64,000 nucleotides of DNA, taken from contig JBFWMA010000004.1 of NCBI GenBank assembly GCA_050251875.1, forward strand, positions 160,001 to 224,000, in the 5' to 3' direction. Shown one piece after another: positions 60,112 to 64,000 of this stretch (positions are counted from its first letter, which is position 1; the number at the start of each line of letters is the position of its first letter). Source of the DNA: Deferribacterales bacterium (GTDB lineage Bacteria > Chrysiogenota > Deferribacteres > Deferribacterales > Geovibrionaceae). Below the pieces are notes generated by a model. That model worked only from the letters and a program-made list of their open reading frames with translations. It was not told the DNA's origin and did not search any database. The position numbers were made by a program, and so were the translations under genes.

Positions 60112-60899
60112 TCCCCTGCGGTGGGTTTTTTGGGCATAGGCGGTTTCGGTACATTTTTACCGTGACAGTCGGCGCAGTTATACTGAGCTGTGGTGCCGGC
60201 TTTGACAGGTCCTGACCAGTTAGCGTGTTCTTTGTCGAATTTATCATCGTGAATCATGTTCAGATACTGAACAACTTTGTAAGCTACAGAGGCGGAAACT
60301 CTTGCGCATCTGTCTTTTCTTTCCTCGCTGCTCAGGGCGGCGTTGGCTTTTTTCATCCATTTGCTCACGGAAACGTGACACAGGGGAGAATCGCTCACTG
60401 TGTGCTGGATGCTGTTTTTGTTGGCGTGGGGTTTCAGCGGCACATAAACGGGCATGTTTGTGTGGCTGTACCAGTCGAAGATATCAGATGTGATAGTCTT
60501 TGATCTGTCTTCCCATGTGGGAGGACCCACGATAAGGCTGATTACTGTGCCTGCGCCGTTAACTGACCCGCAGGTTGTACCCCATCCGGCGATACCGCCT
60601 TCATAGATGGCGAATGATTCCACGGGAAAAGATTTGTAGGGCTCGCCGACTTTCTTAGCCAGCTGATCGAATATGGAGAACATAACAGTTCCGCCGCATC
60701 CGAGATTATACCAGTTCTGATAAGCGATTTCCGCTGTTTCTGCGGGATCGAGTTTTACATAGGGCCAGGGCCATTCTTTCATCAGCGATGTTTCGTCTGA
60801 TGCTTCGGCCTTGGGGGAGATGAGGCTTCCGGCAAAAGCGCCTGCTCCGACCAGAGCCGCTTTCGCCAGCATGTCTCTGCGCGATATTTTTCCGTCCAT
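60108..60899 (-). CDS. Tat-exported split-Soret cytochrome c-like / C-GCAxxG-C-C family redox protein
   Basis: SRRDML Tat motif; LGCGG, TTCGS, PLCHVSV, DRCARVSA, single C-terminal CADCH. Confidence 0.78.
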   Translation of the reverse strand: MDGKISRRDMLAKAALVGAGAFAGSLISPKAEASDETSLMKEWPWPYVKLDPAETAEIAYQNWYNLGCGGTVMFSIFDQLAKKVGEPYKSFPVESFAIYEGGIAGWGTTCGSVNGAGTVISLIVGPPTWEDRSKTITSDIFDWYSHTNMPVYVPLKPHANKNSIQHTVSDSPLCHVSVSKWMKKANAALSSEERKDRCARVSASVAYKVVQYLNMIHDDKFDKEHANWSGPVKAGTTAQYNCADCHGKNVPKPPMPKKPTAGE

Positions 60900-60918
60900 T
60901 ATACAACCTCCAATAAAG

Positions 60919-60942
60919 CGTTATATATATTTTTATATAACG
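60919..60942. promoter_or_regulatory. ModE-type operator, box 1
   Basis: Perfect inverted repeat CGTTATATA-N6-TATATAACG, 19 bp upstream of the ATG and next to the GGAGG RBS. Confidence 0.75.
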
Positions 60943-61009
60943 GCATAAGAGCAAAAATAAACGGTTGCTATCAAAATTAATATATACAACCGTCAGTATC
61001 TATAAAAAC

Positions 61010-61033
61010 CGTTATGTTTGGTTATATATAGCG
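61010..61033. promoter_or_regulatory. ModE-type operator, box 2, overlapping a putative -10
   Basis: CGTTATGTT-N6-TATATAGCG; minus-strand TTGACT (61050-61045) -N18- TATAAC places the -10 inside the box. Confidence 0.6.
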
Positions 61034-61304
61034 CTTTATGGGAAAGTCAATTAATTATTTACAGATAAAAAAATTGAATAATGCGGTTTTTTACGGTCTT
61101 GGATACAAGTTTATGACAATAATGAAAAATATATGAATTATTTTTTTCAAATAACCACGCTCTGCATAATGCGTTGTTAAAGAACACTTTTTTGGTCGTG
61201 AATTGTTTTATGCAAAATAAATGGGGCAAAAGATATACAAAACTACAGGAGGTAGTTCGTGTAGAGAATAAAAACAGTTTTACTGTTTTTGTGAACGGTA
61301 TCAA

Positions 61305-62216
61305 TTATTGATGAAGTAATTTCTTTACTTCATCTATTGATGGCATACCCGGCTGCGCTCCCTGTTTTGTGGTGGATATGGCTGCGGCGGCGTTGGCGAA
61401 TCTGGCGGCATCTGTGACAGACAGCCCCATTCCCAGCCCGTATGCCAGTCCGGCGTTAAAAGTGTCTCCGGCGGCGGTGGTGTCTACCGTCTCCACTGAG
61501 AATCCTTTCACATGGGTCATGCGCCCCTGTTCGCATACATACGCTCCCTTCTTTCCTGCTTTCAGAACGGCTGTCCTGACTCCTTTTTCCAGCAGGATTT
61601 TTCCCGCCGCCTCAAAAGACTCCGGGCTGTCGGGGTGGATTCCGGTGAGAGCTTCCGCCTCTGTTTCGTTCGGGGTGATGATGTCGGTATTTTGCAGAAG
61701 AATATCCGGAACCTGCGCCGCCGGTGCCGGGTCGAGCATCACCAATGTGTTGTTCCGGCGGGCAGTCACTGCCGCCTGAACAACGGCTTCCATCGGGATT
61801 TCGAGCTGAAGAAGCAGATAGTCCGCTCTGCCGATCGTATCCGCGCATGAGCTGATATATTTTTCGTCAACCTGACCGTTGGCTCCGGGGACTATTATTA
61901 TCGAGTTTTCGCCTGATCCGTCCACGGTGATAACGGCTATCCCTGTGGATGTCTCCGCCCTGCGGATGCAGGAGATGTTAACTCCCAGCATGCTGAAATA
62001 GCTCAGATATTCCGAGGCGTATACGTCACTGCCTGTTTTGCCGATCATAGCCGTGTCCGCTCCCAGCTTAGCCAGAGCCACAGCCTGATTGGCGCCCTTG
62101 CCGCCTGTGAAGGTGGAGAATGATTCGCCGTATAAGGTCTCTCCGGGTTTTGGAAATCTCGGAGTTCTGGTTACCAGATCCATATTTATGCTTCCAGCTA
62201 CGCAAAATCTGCTCAT
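61305..62216 (-). CDS. rbsK: Ribokinase
   Basis: GSINMDL, GGKGANQA, LLQLEIP, TPNETE, DTTAAGDTF. Confidence 0.95.
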   Translation of the reverse strand: MSRFCVAGSINMDLVTRTPRFPKPGETLYGESFSTFTGGKGANQAVALAKLGADTAMIGKTGSDVYASEYLSYFSMLGVNISCIRRAETSTGIAVITVDGSGENSIIIVPGANGQVDEKYISSCADTIGRADYLLLQLEIPMEAVVQAAVTARRNNTLVMLDPAPAAQVPDILLQNTDIITPNETEAEALTGIHPDSPESFEAAGKILLEKGVRTAVLKAGKKGAYVCEQGRMTHVKGFSVETVDTTAAGDTFNAGLAYGLGMGLSVTDAARFANAAAAISTTKQGAQPGMPSIDEVKKLLHQ

Positions 62217-62231
62217 ACGGTCTCCCCTCTG

Positions 62232-63260
62232 TCAGCCGATCTGTCTGACGCTGTGTCTTTTTACGACTTCCCCGCCTATCATTATCTTTTCATAGGGCAT
62301 TGTGCTTCCGTCTTTTATCCTTCTTATCAGAAGCATCACGGCTGTCATGCTTATCTTTTTCTTGGAAACTTTAACGGTGGTGAGCGGCGGTTCCAGCATG
62401 GATGTCATGGGCAGATTGTCGAAACCCGCCACGGAAATATCGTCCGGCACTCTGATTCCGGATTCTTTCAGCGCTCTGATGCACCCGATGGCGATGATGT
62501 CGTTCACGCAGAAGAGGGCGGTGGGCAGAGCCGGTTTGGTCTTCAGCACATCCAGCATATCCTGATATGCTCCCTCGTATGTGGAATCCACCGTAAAGAC
62601 GAATTCCGGTCTGAATTTATGCCCCAGAATTTTCATGGTTTTTTCAAATGCGGAGCGCCTCATGGAGAAGTTAGCCGTGTCTATGGATCCTGTGACTATG
62701 CCGATGTTTGTGTGTCCCGCGGCGGTCAGGTGGGTCAGCATGTTATACACGGACGAGTCGTTGTTCATGTCCACGAAGTCATAGGGCATGTGGGTGCAGA
62801 AGAGGTCTATGAACGCCGCCGGAATCTTCAGCCTCAGAAAATGCTGCAAATCCTTCTCGTCCAGCTCCGTCCCCAGGATGACGGCTCCCTTTGCGTGGGA
62901 GCTGTTGATATAGCCGATTATCTCTGTCGGCACAAAACCGTCGAAGGAGACCACTTCCAGCGAATAGCCCTTTCTGCCCGCCTCGAGCTGGGCGCCGTCT
63001 ATGTAATCCGCCACGAAAGTCTTGTGATTTTTGTTCAGGATATGCCCGTGCTTGACAATGCTGACGAACAGCAGAGTTTTGTGTCTGGATGACTGGTCGC
63101 CGGACGACACTCCCTTATAGCTGTGCTCACGGGCTATCTTCAGCACACGGTCACGGGTCTCCTGGCTGACTCCCGCCCTGCTGTTCAGCACCAGAGAGAC
63201 GGTGGCTGGGGAGACTCCGGCGAGCTTTGCTATCTCTGTTACAGTAATTTTTTTTCTCAT
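62232..63260 (-). CDS. LacI-family transcriptional regulator (probable rbs regulator)
   Basis: EIAKLAGVSPATVSLVLN HTH; ND..A.G, PDDISVAGFD, PPLTTV. Confidence 0.92.
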   Translation of the reverse strand: MRKKITVTEIAKLAGVSPATVSLVLNSRAGVSQETRDRVLKIAREHSYKGVSSGDQSSRHKTLLFVSIVKHGHILNKNHKTFVADYIDGAQLEAGRKGYSLEVVSFDGFVPTEIIGYINSSHAKGAVILGTELDEKDLQHFLRLKIPAAFIDLFCTHMPYDFVDMNNDSSVYNMLTHLTAAGHTNIGIVTGSIDTANFSMRRSAFEKTMKILGHKFRPEFVFTVDSTYEGAYQDMLDVLKTKPALPTALFCVNDIIAIGCIRALKESGIRVPDDISVAGFDNLPMTSMLEPPLTTVKVSKKKISMTAVMLLIRRIKDGSTMPYEKIMIGGEVVKRHSVRQIG

Positions 63261-63377
63261 GATATTAAAAACCTTCTAAAGAGCAAATGTTTAAATACCG
63301 CTAAAAATTTCAGCTAATAACAGGCGCTTCAGATAATGACTATATGCTTTCATTATATCACATTTTTGTGCGAATCA

Positions 63378-63403
63378 ACTAAAATTTTATTAAAATTTAC
63401 TAA
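63378..63403. promoter_or_regulatory. Candidate LacI-family operators
   Basis: Overlapping near-palindromes ACTAAAA-TTTTATT and TTATTAAA-A-TTTACTAA between the divergent regulator and rbsD. Confidence 0.4.
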
Positions 63404-63460
63404 AAAGTTCACTTGCCATCCGTAATTCGTCTGGTATCCTTTAGGTATAGGAAGCGAAAT

Positions 63461-63880
63461 ATGAAAAAAGGCATACTTTTAAACAGCTCGATATCATCTG
63501 TAATATCAGAAATGGGACACACGGACACGCTGGTGATCGGCGATGCGGGGCTTCCCGTGCCGGACGGCGTCAGGCGGATCGATCTGGCGGTGACGGCTGG
63601 CGTTCCTGATTTTGCCACCGTTCTGGACGCTGTTCTGTCTGAGCTCCAGATAGAGATGGTTACCATCGCTGACGAGATAGCGGTGAAAAATCCGAAGATG
63701 TTCTCCGTGGTGAAGGAGGCGGTGGACAGCGCCGTGTATTCACAGGGAAAACCCGTGGCGGTGGAGAGCGTGCCTCACGAGATATTCAAAGAGATGACGA
63801 AAAAGGCGAAAGCAGTCATAAGGACAGGCGAGACCACTCCTTATTCCAATATCATACTTCATTCCGGCGTGGTGTTCTGA
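63461..63880 (+). CDS. rbsD: D-ribose pyranase
   Basis: [34 protein letters not shown]. Confidence 0.95.
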   Translation: MKKGILLNSSISSVISEMGHTDTLVIGDAGLPVPDGVRRIDLAVTAGVPDFATVLDAVLSELQIEMVTIADEIAVKNPKMFSVVKEAVDSAVYSQGKPVAVESVPHEIFKEMTKKAKAVIRTGETTPYSNIILHSGVVF

Positions 63881-64000
63881 TGTCAGATATGCCCCTTCTG
63901 GAGATGAAAAACATATGCAAGGAGTTTCCCGGGGTCAAGGCTCTGGACAATGTATCTCTGAGCATACCCGCCGGAGAGGTGCTGGCTCTGCTGGGCGAGA
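63880..64000 (+). CDS. rbsA: Sugar ABC transporter ATP-binding protein, 5' fragment
   Basis: [27 protein letters not shown]...[12 protein letters not shown] overlaps the rbsD stop. Confidence 0.85.
   Translation, partial: MSDMPLLEMKNICKEFPGVKALDNVSLSIPAGEVLALLGE

Noticed and set aside
61059..61304. 81-aa AT-rich ORF between rbsK and the cytochrome operon
   Set aside because: Low-complexity F/K-rich translation with no RBS; more likely intergenic regulatory DNA.
1..64000. CRISPR array, rRNA, IS elements
   Set aside because: No regularly spaced direct repeats, rRNA-like sequence or transposase ORF seen.

Overview
A mostly core-chromosome bacterial window from an anaerobic respirer. Gene content is compatible with a Deferribacterota/delta-proteobacteria-like organism; this is inference and was not checked. 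Housekeeping blocks are recJ-rel, MOSC/mogA-tmk-holB-ricT-metG-tatD, copZ-cysK, recCBD, the actP cluster and the start of a ribose operon. Accessory-looking parts are a small AT-rich islet 3' of tRNA-Pro(TGG) with an orphan membrane gene and a ParDE toxin-antitoxin pair, cowN, and a long TetR-led envelope operon (PBP-TolC fusion, HlyD, RbbA, YhhJ, split PqiA, an 8-MCE-domain LetB-like protein). The strongest lead is a Tat split-Soret-type cytochrome/4Fe-4S/NrfD operon that has no molybdoenzyme subunit yet carries two ModE-type boxes over its promoter and next to its RBS. Other oddities are an orphan sensor kinase lacking the H-box His, a transglutaminase-like protein with an apparently lost catalytic dyad, and a REPIN-like inverted doublet with compensatory base changes. 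No CRISPR array, rRNA, integrase or transposase was seen. All calls come from motif recognition by eye; no database searches were run.
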